From NCBI RefSeq assembly GCF_009914755.1, contig NC_060932.1: a DNA stretch of 64,000 nucleotides. One strand, 5' to 3'. This DNA is from the human T2T-CHM13v2.0 reference genome, Homo sapiens. The notes under the pieces are model-generated. The model made no database searches, was not told the origin of the DNA, and saw nothing but the letters and a program-made list of their open reading frames with translations. This document shows, piece by piece, positions 17,939 through 31,995 of the stretch (its first letter is position 1; each line of letters starts with the position of its first letter). The translations under genes were made by a program, and so were the position numbers.

Positions 17939-18625
17939 TGTGGGAGCAATATAACTAATTAAAAGAAAAATCTTTTCCCAACCCCCAAATCTTTTCCCTG
18001 ATGGTAGTAGAGAAAGAAAACAGTTTTATTATTGAATAAGCATTAAATCACAATGCGATGGGCATCACAGGCAATCTAGTAAGAGATTACAAAAACAGAA
18101 AGGAATCTCACTCTTTTATATAGCCTGTGAGATACAACCCATAACATACATATTTTCAAGGTACACGATAACTAGTTCTCAAATAAGAGGACTTGACTAG
18201 CATTTATTAAATAGTTCATCATAAATTAACCTGGGAATTGGAGTAATCATCTGTGTTAGTTGGTTTTATACAAAGGAAAATTCATTTTTCCTATCTTTAT
18301 GAAAGGAGGTTGTTTTGCAACTGGGAGTGGGGTGCATACCTGATGTTAGGGTCCCATTCTTGCACAGAAACTGAGAAACAGGAATAAACATCTCCCTTGA
18401 TGTTTACATTTTAAAGAGATGGCTGTTAGGTCCTTGAGAAAAACATTTCTGGGTCAAAAGCTGGCAAGAGGCTTATTTAGCTTCTTGAAAGATTTTCACA
18501 CATTTCCAAGACAAAGAAAAAATGCTTAATATTACATGTTTTATAGGAAAAGAGAGAGTGAAGAAGTCTCTTCCTTTCTTATCAATAGATAAGCCTCTTA
18601 ATTTTAATTTTAAATTGTTCTTACA
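17939..18625. mobile_element. ERV1 (MER4-group) solo LTR
   Basis: TG...CA termini (TGTGGGAG...TTCTTACA) flanked by exact 4-bp TSD GCTA (17935-17938 / 18626-18629). Confidence 0.8.
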
Positions 18626-18921
18626 GCTATCTCTGTTTAAATTTTTATCTAACAACTGTGGGTATTTTTAGATGAAACTCATTTATATATTCTTTTAATG
18701 AATTAATATGTGTTTAGTGCTGTAAAACACCCTTCTTGCCCCAATGTGGAATTCCTAACTTTCAAGACATAGATTTTACTGATGCCCCTAGTATTAGTCA
18801 TTCCAGAGTTAGTATTAACATACCAACTGAGAGCGTGGGGAAAAATGAGAAGTTAAATAATTTTGCCAAAATGAATGTTCCCTTACCCTTTAAGTAAAAT
18901 TATCTCCAAAGTCTTTTACAG

Positions 18922-19076
18922 AGCTGGGTGCCTGTAGTCCTAGCTCCTCGGGAGGCTGAGGTGGGAAAATCATTTGAGTCTGGGAGTTAGGAGTTAGAGG
19001 CTGTAGGGTCCTATGATCATGCTGCTGGCGGCAGAGCAAGACACCTTCTCTAAAAATAAAAAAATAAAAAACAAAA
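18922..19076 (+). mobile_element. Alu monomer (FLAM/FRAM-like)
   Basis: GCCTGTAGTCCTAGCTCCTCGGGAGGCTGAGGTGGG...GCAAGACACCTTCTCT plus A-tail. Confidence 0.85.
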
Positions 19077-19159
19077 ATATTTTACATTTAATATAGTGTG
19101 ATCTTATACTGCATTGATTTAAAACATGCTTTACGTCTTTGAAAAATTTCTAACCTAAT

Positions 19160-19510
19160 GGTCAGTAATCCTCAATGTGGTTCAAGGATTCTTTGCATCA
19201 GAACTGCACAGGGAAATGGCTCTCAAACCTTAGCAAGAATAAGCCTCACTTGGACTGCTTGCTAATACCCTGGTTTCGGCACCAGTCTCTAGAGCTTTTT
19301 TTAAGTCTGGCATGGAGTCTAAAGATTCGCATTTCTAACAAGTTCCCTGACGCTCTTGCTGTTGCTGCTGGTTGGAACCACACTTTGAAAACCACTGACC
19401 TCGGGTATCTGGCAGGCACCTATACACCCCATACTAGAACTAGAATTTCCGAAATTGGGGTCTCTGAGATCTTCATTTGAACAAGCCCAGGTGAGAGTTT
19501 GAAAATCACA
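19160..19510. mobile_element. MER5-like hAT DNA transposon fragments
   Basis: GCATTTCTAACAAGTTCCCTG...CCACACTTTGAAAACCACTG; a second AACAAGCCCAGGTGA...TTTGAAAATCAC. Confidence 0.65.
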
Positions 19511-19639
19511 ATTGGAGAACCAATGTGAAAATCTGTCAGGTTAATTTCACTATCACTGGCCTTGTCTGATGCCATATGCATGACACATGAGGATGGAAAT
19601 AATTCTGTATGACTAACCCTAAGCCTGGCATGCTGAAAA

Positions 19640-20105
19640 AAACATACAGGGTTTCAAGTATGAACCTTAGTTCAGCTATTTTCCACTTTTGTAACATGGG
19701 GCAAGTTGCCCAAGTCATCTGATCCTCAGTCTTCATCTGTAATATGAAGTCATATCCACTTTGAGAGAAATAAAGGTATTTTGCCCAACTATAATGCTTG
19801 GCATACAGTAGGCACTCAATAAATGCTATTAATTGTTATATGAAATGCAAAAAATATTTTCTTTAGTATCTGATTTGATCAAAGTAGGTTTTTCAATTTA
19901 AATGAGTTATACCTGAGGGCAATAGCATAATAATAAAAGCTTATATTTATTGAGTACCTACTGTGGGCCAGATAGGGCTCTAAGATCCTTACATATGTTA
20001 GCTCATAATTCTCATACACAGCCTGTGAGGTGGGTATCATTATTATCTCTAATTACAGGAGAGGAAATGGGGGCACGCAGAGCTCAAGCAAATTGCTCAA
20101 GGATG
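19640..20105. mobile_element. Two MIR fragments
   Basis: CCTCAGTCTTCATCTGTAATATG; TGGCATACAGTAGGCACTCAATAAATG; TTTATTGAGTACCTACTGTG. Confidence 0.7.
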
Positions 20106-21289
20106 CTGCCCACATATTAACTTCCTGTATATATGTTTAAAGATATTTTTAGATGTTTAACAGAAACTGTGTACACCTACAGTTAAAAATAAATACAAAT
20201 AAATAAATTGGTGTCTACATTAATGTAAAGAGTTGTTAAAAATGGAAATACTAACAAATTTTGGTGGAAGTTACCATCATGAAAACAATATAACAAATAT
20301 AATAGGTAAATAGTGGTGAATATTTTTATCATGTGAAGAAAGGATTCTACCATTAGTCACTAAAATGAATATTCTTTCTCAAATGTGCCATCCAAAGTGG
20401 TCATGGTTTTGACAAGTTTCAACAAATAAATACAATTTATTCAACCATTTAAAATTAGTAATATGACAAACATATGAGAGACTTTTCATCTATTACTTTA
20501 AATATCTTATAGAAAGACTGTAAATTATTCTGTTATGACATACTTGGATGTTATTGCTAAATGAAAGGAGAATTGAAATTTCATTTTTTTTCTAGAAACT
20601 TTAGAGGATCAGTAAAATCGATGGAAATATTTGTGAATGTATTTTGGAAGATAATTTTGAATGACTAATGAATATTCTACTTTATTACAGTTATCTATTA
20701 GCAAAACTTAATTTTCAAAGAGTAAATATCAGCAAACTTTAGACTATTATTCATAAATAATTTGGTATTTTTTGCTATTGTATGTGTTAAAATGGAATGA
20801 TACCTATAAAAATACTCAAATAGAAAGCTGTATATATTTAGTTGAATATTTGGTTTTTATGTGTCTAAGAAAAGACCTTAACAACCAAACATTATATTTT
20901 GGCATTTTCCTACAAAAATCAATAATTTTCATATATAGTTTAGATTAATTATAACAAAGGTCCACTGTGATTTTCAGCTGTTTCCATTTTCTGGAAATAA
21001 TATTAATTAAGCTTAAATGTAATGTAAAAATGCATAACTTTATACTTTTTAATTTACAACTTTAAAAAATTAACATTAAAGATGGAAAACATGAAATAGT
21101 TTATAGAACCAGTTTCTTGTGGAAGAAAATAAGCACTCAAGTCAAATAGGTACTACATTTTCACCTTCTAGTAACTGAAAGAGTTTCACCTGTGAGGATG
21201 CTAATCATGTTTAGCTTGCAACTACCTCACTGAGCATTTTAATTCTGGCTTTTATTCTTGTGTGTGTTTGGCAGTGAGGGTCAGGGGTT

Positions 21290-22265
21290 AAAAAAAAGAC
21301 ATAAAAAATTTACCATCACAACCGTTTCGAAGAGTACATACAGTTCAGTAGTGTTAACGCATATTCACATTGTTGTACAAGAGATCTCCAGAACATTTTC
21401 ATCTTGTAAATCTGAAATTCTACACCCATTAAACAACTGCCCTTTTACTTGCCCTCCAAATTCCTAGTAACAACCATCCTACTCTCTGTTTCTGTGAGTT
21501 TAATGACTTTAGATACCTCATGTAAGTGGAATCATATACTAGTCATATTTTTGTGACTGGCTCGATTTACTCAGCATAATGTCCTCAAAGTTTATCCATG
21601 CTATAACATGTCAGAATTATCTTCCCTTTTAAGGCAAAATATTAAATAATATTCCCTTGTACATATACACCACATTTTGTTTATCCATTTATCATCATGG
21701 GCACTTGGGTTGTCAACTGAAATTATTATAAGACTTGACTATGTCAAAATACATACAGTTAAAAATAAGTACAAATAAATAAATTGATGCCCACATTAAT
21801 GTAAAGAGTTGTTAAAAATGGAAACAAATCCTAACAAATTTTGGTGGAAGTTACCATCATGAAAACAATATGACAAATGTAATAGGTAAATAGTGGTGAA
21901 TATTTTTAGCATGTGGAGAAAGGATTCTACCATTAGTCACTAAAACGAATATTCTTTCTCAAATGTGCCATCCAAAGTGGTCATGGTTTTGACAAGTTTT
22001 GACAAATGAATACAATTCATTCAACCATTTAAAATTAGTAATATGACAAACATATGAGAGATTTTTCATCTATTACTTTAAATGTCTTATAGAAAGACTG
22101 TTTGGTCTGTTTGGTTGTTTGTGTGTTTATTTTTGAGACAGAGTCTCAAAACTGTTTGAGACTTAAATTCTTTTGTATAAATTACCCAGAAGTAGAATTG
22201 CTGGATCATATAGTAGTTCTATTTCTAATTGTTTGAGAAACTTCCCTACTATTTTTCATAGCCAT
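21290..22265 (-). mobile_element. L1MB-like 3' fragment interrupted by a templated insertion (21714-22150)
   Basis: TAGATACCTCATGTAAGTGGAATCATA...TTTGTTTATCCATT...CACTTGGGTTG, resuming at ~22152 with CCCAGAAGTAGAATTGCTGGATCATATAG. Confidence 0.85.
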
Positions 22266-22831
22266 TGAAGTATTTGGTCGTTTTATTTCCGATATTTATC
22301 TTGGTTTGTTTAAGCGTTCAACATTTTCTCACATTTTGTATAAAATTTTGTCAAAATCTTGCATTCAAACTATTTTGTCAAAATAACTAATGGCCACAGT
22401 AGATACTAAGAAGGAAGGATTTTAAAAATAACTTTAAACAAGTCATGAAAGACCCAAATAAGTTCTCACTTCTCAACATGATGATAGTTGAAATATAATT
22501 ATGTAGTTGGAAGTGTTTCAATTAATCAATCAAATGTCACTTAGGAGTTTGAGAGTGGCACTGATTAAAGAAAAGAATTGAATGCGTGAATGTAAAAAAT
22601 AGCATTACATTTACTATTTATTTGTAACCGTAATTAACAAGTAGATTTGGGACAGAACATTTTAACATGCATATTTATAGAAGGCTACTAATGCTTTGAG
22701 TAAAGAAATATGAGTGGATAAGAATGATACTCAAGAGACTTGGTTAAACATATGTACGAAAGAGACCACAGGGGCTCAGTGAATATTACTCATTCTGATA
22801 AAAGATTAACCACTAATTAAAACCAAGTATA

Positions 22832-23140
<309 letters not shown>

Positions 23141-23560
23141 AACAAATATATGACATAGTCAAGACACAATAATTTCAAAATGTGATTTTATTAGTGCATT
23201 TTAGGACAAGAGGCATTCTTATTCCACCTTTTTCTGGAAGAAATGCAGCCATTTATAAGTAATCACAGATATTTCCATAAGACAAAAGCAGTGTGAATGG
23301 AGGAGAGTTTGGCTCATTTATGTCATACTGCAATATAAGCTCATGTTCTGAGTTTAAAAAACAACCTACCATAAATGTTTCTTTCTAGAATTTTCATTAA
23401 GGCAAATTTGTTCAGCCTCGTGTGTTTTACTAACTTGGTGCAGTGTAGTTTTTAGCAAGTTTAATAGCTTTATCTTCTCAGTGTTTCTATTTCATATAAT
23501 AAGGCAAAAAAAAATCTTCCTCTATGTGACCATTGTTTTAAAATGTAATAATATCCATCA

Positions 23561-23562
<2 letters not shown>

Positions 23563-23610
<48 letters not shown>
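23563..23610. repeat. (TATC)12 / (GATA)12 microsatellite
   Basis: Perfect tetranucleotide run in the pseudogene 3'UTR. Confidence 0.97.
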
Positions 23611-23613
<3 letters not shown>

Positions 23614-24786
23614 TAAAAACACATTTTAACATACTTCACTGCTCCTGCTAATGCTTTAGTTTACAGTCGCTCCTATGAAGTTTTCTAATAATATGGAGTG
23701 TTCACTTTAGGAAGAATTGCTCACTGGGACCCTAGTGTTCTCTTCAAAGATGGGAAGACCTTTCCTCCCTGCAGTGTTAGTCATGCTATCTTTGTTTTCT
23801 CATGTGTGTCTTTTGAGGGTTTCTTAGGTCTTCTTTTGGATCTTCTCTTTTGTTTGCTTTGCTTATTTCCTTTAACAGATCCTCAGGTAAGGCAGGTTGA
23901 TATCTGTATAAATAACCATAAAGATAAAGATGATAAATGAGGTATTCTAACCCATATATAGCTGTAGCATCAACATAGTGAAAAGAAATGGCAAAATCAG
24001 AACAGCAACTGGGATCCTCTACAGAAGGATAATAGTTATATTTCCAGTACAAAAGGTTCTAGTAGAAAATCTGTAATTAATGGCTGTTTTGCTAAAAAGG
24101 GATGAAAAGTCTCTTTTCCAGTGTGATATCTGGAATCCTCTGGTTCCACCTTTACAATGTCCATGCATCTCCCCAGTGCCATGTATTCAGAGAAGGACAC
24201 AGGTGTGCCCGTTTTTGTTTTGACCACAACAATTAATCTCCTTGAGGCTTCTTTGCTCAGTACATATCCTGCTCCTCCAGTCATGTAGTCCTGTTTTCTG
24301 CAGTGCTTAAATCTTTTCCCAAAGTAAGTGGATTCATCAGGGTTATAGTTTGTGAGAAGCCATTTCAAGTTGTCCAATGTGATATATATACATATATCAT
24401 CATCTGCTTTCATGAACCAATCCATGTATTCCAGATAATGGTCATGAGCATATAGAAAAGCTTTAACTATTTTCCAGGACAGTTGGTTTCTGTCTTCTTT
24501 GGTGTGTAATCCCACAGTAGAGAAGTCTTTATTTTCTTTTGAGCTCATAAACAACGCTTTATTGCAACCCTGGGCCCATGTATCTCTGATGCGTCTGATC
24601 TTTTTTTTCTAGATTTTGAGGTCCTGTCATAATCCAGCAAAGAATTTTCATCTTTTGATAGAGTTTGTCAGTGACACCTGTGTTCTGGTATTTATGATGA
24701 CTAGCATTTGCAATCAACTTCATCAGTCTTTTTAGATGATTCTGCCCAGTATCATCTGAAGGCCTCACGTAAGAATAATTATTAAT

Positions 24787-25085
<299 letters not shown>

Positions 25086-25154
25086 TTATTAATAATATTA
25101 GGCTAGCTGTCACCTTGTTCTTCCAATAAAATACTGAATAGCTAAGAAAAAAAA

Positions 25155-25440
25155 AATCCGACTGGTGATCCAGAGGAAGATTAAAGGACCGTCCCCAACC
25201 GTTCAAAGCCATTTTAGAGTGTATTTCGGACAGGGGTGGTTCTCTCTGGCTCCTCGAGGGGGAAGTTGGGGCGGCGACGCAGCCAGGACCCTCGGCTTTC
25301 TCCAAAGCTGCAGGTGCTCGGGTGCCCAGGTGGTCCCTGCAGCTTCACTGCAGCGGCTCCTGCGGAGATTGCATTGAGAGCTCCCGTCCGCGCTGCGGCC
25401 TGCAGCGCTAGTTTTAATGGTCCGTTTGTGTTCACGCATG
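25155..25440. promoter_or_regulatory. Small CpG-rich island from the retrocopied C1GALT1 5' end
   Basis: Roughly 20 CpGs in ~280 bp against a CpG-poor background. GC-box-like GGGGCGGCG at ~25268. Confidence 0.45.
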
Positions 25441-26994
25441 TGTGTGAGGTTCTGTACATGATTTCCATTACTTTTGTTGCTCTGTAACAGCTGTAAAAAC
25501 TGTAAAGTTTATCATCTGTTGAATCGGAGTTGCTGATGGCAATTTTTAGGGTTATTAAATGTAATATGGGCTTAGATCATAATGAGAATTTTAAAAATGG
25601 AGTGGGTTTCCAAAGAAATCAACCTAAAAAAAATAGATAAGTATGTTAAGAATGGATTTTACAATATCTTTTAATAAACATTAGCAATGTGTAAATTAAC
25701 TTTGGTCTTTCAGTTTTATGTTCAGAAAAAGCTATTACAGGTTTAATAAGAACATTTTTATGTGGAAACATATAATCTTTTAAACTGATTTTTTTCTTTA
25801 TTGGTAGTTGGATTGGATTAAGGCCTGAAAATTATTTCTAGGTCTTAAGTTATTTAAATGTGTGAATTGAGTTGATTATAGGAGTGGAAGAAGGGTGATC
25901 AAATTAAAGACCTTTCCTCAAAGTTGTATTTGCCACACAGCCCATTTCTAGATGTTATTTTCATCCTTCTAATAAGATAATGCAGAAATGTTTATGTTTT
26001 TCAGAGGAATGTATGTAAGGATGACCTGCTTGCATATGCAACTGTAATACTAAATGTAGATGACTGTATAAACAATTAATTATACAAACAAATTAATCAG
26101 CCAGCAGTTATTACTGACCTATTCTGTACTTAGCAGTGTCCTAGGTGGTGTAAATGATGTAATATAAAGGCCTTCCAAATATACATTAATTGCTAAGTAA
26201 CTATTTTGGGGAAAAACCATTAAATGTTATTTAAAATAAAAGGCAAATTGATATTTAAAAATGAATATGTAGCCATTATTTAGTATTCAGCCATAACCAA
26301 AAATATACACTCTATTGTTTTCCTTTTCACTGATTTTACTAGGTAAATATCTGATATATTTAATGCTACAAAGAGTCCTAAATATCACAAACCTGACTCT
26401 TTAATGAACTTTGGGGTATACATGGGTGATATTAGTTAGAAAGACAGACAGATGAATAGTGATATATTCTTCTGGTTGTCTAAGAGTACCATTTTGAAGG
26501 ATTTGGCTGTTTCAAATGCTTCCTTGAAAATAAAACAAACAAACAAACAAAAAAACAGGAAGAATAAACTAGCCCTACTCCTTAACCAGAATATAGTGAT
26601 TTCAAATCTTTTTAAAATATTAACATATGAAAGTTTGACATTTGAATCAGTCAGGATCCCAAGAGGAAAGAGGTGGAATGATCAAATTAGCATACTTAAA
26701 GAAGGGTTTTATTTACAAAGGAAATACTTCCCAGGCTTAGGTTTGTGAAACTGCAGTGGATGGAGCAGGAATCCAGTAGCAGTTGAGATATTCCCACTCG
26801 CTGACCTGAAAGGTGATGTCTCAGATGTTAACAAAAAGACAATTGTGTAGACACACAAAGCAGAACACACATGTGGCTGTTAATTCTGCATTCTCGTACA
26901 GGTACTTTAAACATTTTAAAGTCATTCTTCTTAATGCTTTTCCAGTAGGTGAGTTACGTCTGATGAGTTGAAAAAGGACAAAAAATAACCTTGA

Positions 26995-28013
26995 TTTCTT
27001 CCAGCATTGCACCACTGCAACTGTTCTCTCAAGGCCATTAGTGCCCCAATGCTTAATCCACTGGACACTTTTCTGTCCTTATAATTATCAGGAATCTCTC
27101 AGTTACAAGTGACAGAAATCCAGCTAAAACTGGCTTTGAGAAAAAAGGAACATTTACATTACACAATTGAAAAGTCTAGGCTTATAGCTTTTTCCCAATT
27201 GTTCTTGCAAAAGTCACGAAATTGTGCCTCATTGACCTGGCTTGGTACACGTCCTCCCTGTGACCACGAAGATGAATTTGTAATGGCTGTGTTGGGATCA
27301 TCTTCCAATCCTGGGGCCACTAGATAGATTACACTCAATTCAGAGCACATGACCCAGAGTAAAAGAAGTGTAGTTTCCCACAGGAAATGTTAATTGCCTT
27401 GCCACAAGAAGGGACCATGCATTAAAATTAACTACAGGTTTTATCCTATTTGATTTATCAGAAATGTTTGACATAGATGACTCCTCCATGAGACACTCTT
27501 TCTTTGCCTTCTTTGACATTACTTAATTTTTCATCCACCCTCCAGGCCAGACTTCCTTACGGGATATACGATTCACAGTTCTTACACTGGTAACCAGGTT
27601 TGTTTGGACAAACCTTCGTCCTTAGTCTCAGCAACGTACACTGATCTTAGACTAGATAAGCCCAGTGGTGGCTTGCATCATGACAGCGATTATAAAGTCC
27701 TGGCTGCCCCTGCTATTGCTTCATCTCCTGTCACCTACTCTTGTTTTTGCGTCTTCTGGGGACAAGGACCTGATTTCAGCAAAGTCTGCCTGGGGCCTGC
27801 CATGGGGGAATGGCAGCAGCTCCAGTGACCCATTTAACCCAGTGAACCCCTGGGAACTCGGGTTTTCCAAGCAGCTGCTTGAGAGAACAAGGTAACGGAA
27901 TGCTTGGAACCTAGAAATATGCAGTGTTAACACACAGGGACTGAACTTTGATCAGCAAGAAACTGGAAACTGGAAAAAGTGAGCAGATAAATTGTTTGCC
28001 CTTTCTTACCCTG

Positions 28014-28057
<44 letters not shown>

Positions 28058-29310
28058 GAAACCACACACCCAAAACTGTTTCATGGGCTTTGTATGGCCT
28101 TTTTGGAGATGCCCTGTGTGAAGTAGCAGTTGGCCACTTTATCCTGTGGGGCTGTGGCTAGCATGGAGGTGCATCACCTTCCTTAACTTCTGTTTCACCC
28201 TCATTGAATTCTCCCAGACTTCCACCGGAAATACGGTGTTAGGACACAGCTTTTCCTCAAGCTTTACTTGCTGGCAAACTTGTTATATGACACAAGACTT
28301 CTCTGCCCATCACTCGAATTTGGCATTCGTTGGGGTACTTTCCAGGTCCTCCTTTTTCCTCATGACCCATGTTCTGCGGGGGAGATCTCATTGACTCTCA
28401 TGATTCCCGTTATTGAGGACTCCCAGATGTCCATCCTAGGCTTCTTTCCTGAGCTCCAGAACCAAGGATCCAGATCTTGGTGGACATCACTTCTTAGATG
28501 CTTCACAGGTGTTCAATTGCAACATGCCTAACATTTAAGTCATGGACATTTCTACCCCCAGCCTGCCCCAAATTGCTCATGTTTTGCCATTTCATATCTG
28601 TGAATGACATCGTTGTGCACTAAGTTGCCTGAATCGGATATCTGAGAATCAAGCCTGACTCCTCGCTCCTTCTTACTTCTCATTGTGCACATTCGATCTC
28701 TCACCAGGCCTGGCATGTCCATCTCGTAAGTCCACCTCAGCCTCACCATCTTTATTCCATCTCCATCACGACAACCTCTTTAAGCTGTTTTTCTGTCTCT
28801 CCTGCATTTTTCCAGTGTGTTCTTTAGAGAGCGATCCTTGTAAAACACACCTCTCAAAGATTTTCTCTTATTCTTAAATATTATTTATTGTATTTACTTT
28901 GGCATGTCTTTCCAGCTATATTTCTTGTTTATGCATCTAGAATCCAGTCCTACTGAATTTTTATTTTTTCATGACCCCAGGATCTTTCTTACCTCTGAGT
29001 CTATTTTTCCTCTACTTGAAATAGTCTTCTTTCTCTTCTTCACCTTGCTAACTTATACTTGTTCTTCAGGCCTCAGCCTAAATGCCTCTTCCCCCAGAAC
29101 GTCCTTTGGATCCCTATCTGTTTCTCAGTCCAGGTCCAGGGTTCTTACCATGGCTCCCACTCTACCTGTATGTCTGCTCTCACTGCACTCTACCATTTAA
29201 TCAGAAAGGCTATTTAATTGTCCTTTTCATTTTTGTATAAAGGCAGGCCTCTATCCACTATGCTTAAAATTGCCTTCCCCAGAACCTGACACAGTGAGTG
29301 GACTTACTTA
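26995..29310. mobile_element. Second L2 / MLT1-like LTR / LTR16-like LTR / L2 composite, paralogous to 9480-11830
   Basis: Same order and orientation of fragments as 9480-11830, with shared non-consensus-looking text (CCTGTATGTCTGCT; TTAATCAGA; TCCTTTTCATTT). Confidence 0.7.
28015..28056. repeat. (AAC)14 microsatellite
   Basis: Perfect trinucleotide run. Confidence 0.97.
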
Positions 29311-29311
29311 A

Positions 29312-29738
<427 letters not shown>

Positions 29739-31930
29739 TCATTTTAATGACTTTTATGACATTGGCATCTAATGTAGAATATATTATCACCTTCTTTAAG
29801 AAATAAAACCACAAAGATATGAATGTAATTGCAATTACATTTTCAGAGATTTTCTGTTTTCTGCTTGCATGCTGGATATGACTAAATATAGAGTTTAAAA
29901 CTCACAGTCTTGAAGTTTTAAAGACTTGATTTCACAGGAAGTGAGTGATGGAACATTTGGGATGGATTGCTGGCAGGGCGTGGTCTATCACTTGTGCAGA
30001 TGTTGCCAGGAAATACATTGCATTCATACACATGTGAGTCTCTTAGTGTTAACAATCATTGCTGTGTTTGGTCACAGTGCTCTCTGGGTTTTATTTCATG
30101 ATTGAAATTGGCAAGGTTTAATCTTCTGTTCTTTTTGAAAAGTTTTTGACTCATTATTCTTTATGATCTTTTTGGGTGCTTCTTTGTTACTTTATATGGG
30201 AACATGCATTGTTTCCATTTTATATGTTGCTATATGTATAATTTGTCATCTCTTCAACAGAAATTGCTTATAGTGATTCATAGGACTATGAAATAGACTG
30301 AAGGCTTATACAAAATGAAAATTTAGAAAATTTAATAAATTTTCAAAGAAATCAAAATTAATAAATAAGTGCATTGGAAATGATAAATATAATGCTGTAT
30401 AAGCATTATAGCCATAACTGTAAACTCTAAGCATTAGAAATACATGAATTAACTTTCAGCATGGTGTTCCGCAGGAGCTGGGTGGCACAAAGAGTGGTCT
30501 GCCCTTTAGGAACTTCCATGTGTCAGTTCTATGTCTAGAGCAAGCACTATGTACTCAGCAAAGATTTTTTATTGTCTAAGCATATTACCTCCTAGAATTG
30601 CTTTCTCTTTAGTGTTTAAATGTCTCAGTTGGGAATTTTGGAAGGCAATGAAAAAAAAGAGGCCAAGGCACCAAAAGACAGACACAATTCTTTATTTTGT
30701 ACACTGTTTTCCAGTTTTAAATGTAAATAAGTTTTTCATATATTATGCAAAGAGTTGGCTTAATTCCCTGAAAATCATCTTCTAAGCTTTATTTTATTTA
30801 TACCTCTAAATTAATCTGGGCTTCCGAAATTAAACTGTCTAGGAGACATATAATCAAAAAACTCCTGTCAGCCAACAATTCCTATAACTACTTTCCCCAA
30901 AGTATAAGAAAAATGACTTTGAATTTTAGGCTTTTGCAACAATAAAAAGCTCTTTGGATAGAGCAGTAGATAAAAAAAATAACACAAATTAGTGTTTTCT
31001 TCAATCTCCAGACTTACCTGCCTCTTCTAGCTCAACAACAGGTCAACGGTTGTGCCTCTGATGAACTTGCCCCATCTCATCTCTCTAGGCAAATCTAGTT
31101 CCACAGATCTGCACCTATGGCTCTTGGAAATACCTCTGTGATCAGATTCACTCACTTCCCTCCCCCATTTGGACTGGGAGTACTTCAAGAGCAGGGGACT
31201 GCATGTTCTTTTTCTTGGTAGCCTTGGGTCTAGCACAATGCCAGTCATATTGTAGAAAATTAATGAATATATGCTGAGTGGTAGAGGACAATTAAAAAGG
31301 CCTCTCTGGAGACTACTACTGATTAGGAAACCAAAGACTGAGATTGGTAGGTTGCCATATTAATGTATATTTTTAAATATAAACTACTATTAAACTATGG
31401 CTACATTATTTTGTTCTATTATGGTTAGTTTTAATTGTAAAAAATGTATTTAACAGATAAGATGTTTCATCCCAAAAAAATCTTTTAATTCACTCTAAAG
31501 TAATACTTTTCAAGAATTAATTATAAAACAAGAAAGAGCTTTGGAGAACACTAACATCTTGGGAAATGATCACGCTAATTTCTTGTGTACATGTAAATGG
31601 CTTTAGACTAGATGGAAAATGTGATTATTGAAAGTTGTTTTGGTCCAAGCCTTCACATTTAGAAATCTTAGTTACTGATGTTTTATATCACAAAATTGGT
31701 CTTATGGTCACAAAATAGAAGTATAGAGTGAAAATTCCAACAGAACTCTAATTGTCCAAACTAAACCAGATATGACAGTAGTAATGCATTTTAAATTAGA
31801 CCCTAGAATAGATCTACTAAAGAAAAGTAAATCTTCGAGCTTCAATATCAGCTTCATATTTAACAAATACTCAAATCAGTATATTCATTTATCTTTAATA
31901 TGGAAAAATATTTGAAAAACTTGGATCTAA

Positions 31931-31960
31931 GTGTCTGTGTATGTGTGTATATGTGTACAC

Positions 31961-31994
<34 letters not shown>
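31931..31994. repeat. Imperfect (TG)n microsatellite
   Basis: TG-rich run ending in about 12 perfect units. Confidence 0.9.

Positions 31995-31995
<1 letters not shown>

Noticed and set aside
24036-24554. 172-aa glycosyltransferase ORF as a real CDS
   Set aside because: Fragment of a frameshifted retrocopy lacking the membrane anchor and C-terminus; treated as pseudogene.
29965-30020. Hairpin (CTGGCA...TGCCAG) followed by ACA, suggesting an H/ACA snoRNA; also Cys-containing minus-strand peptides
   Set aside because: No convincing first hairpin or H box, the stem is not kept in paralog A, and the reading frames are not jointly open in the two copies.
31012-31090. Perfect minus-strand donor CAG|GTAAGT
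   Set aside because: Isolated motif with no recognisable coding exon; expected by chance in 64 kb.
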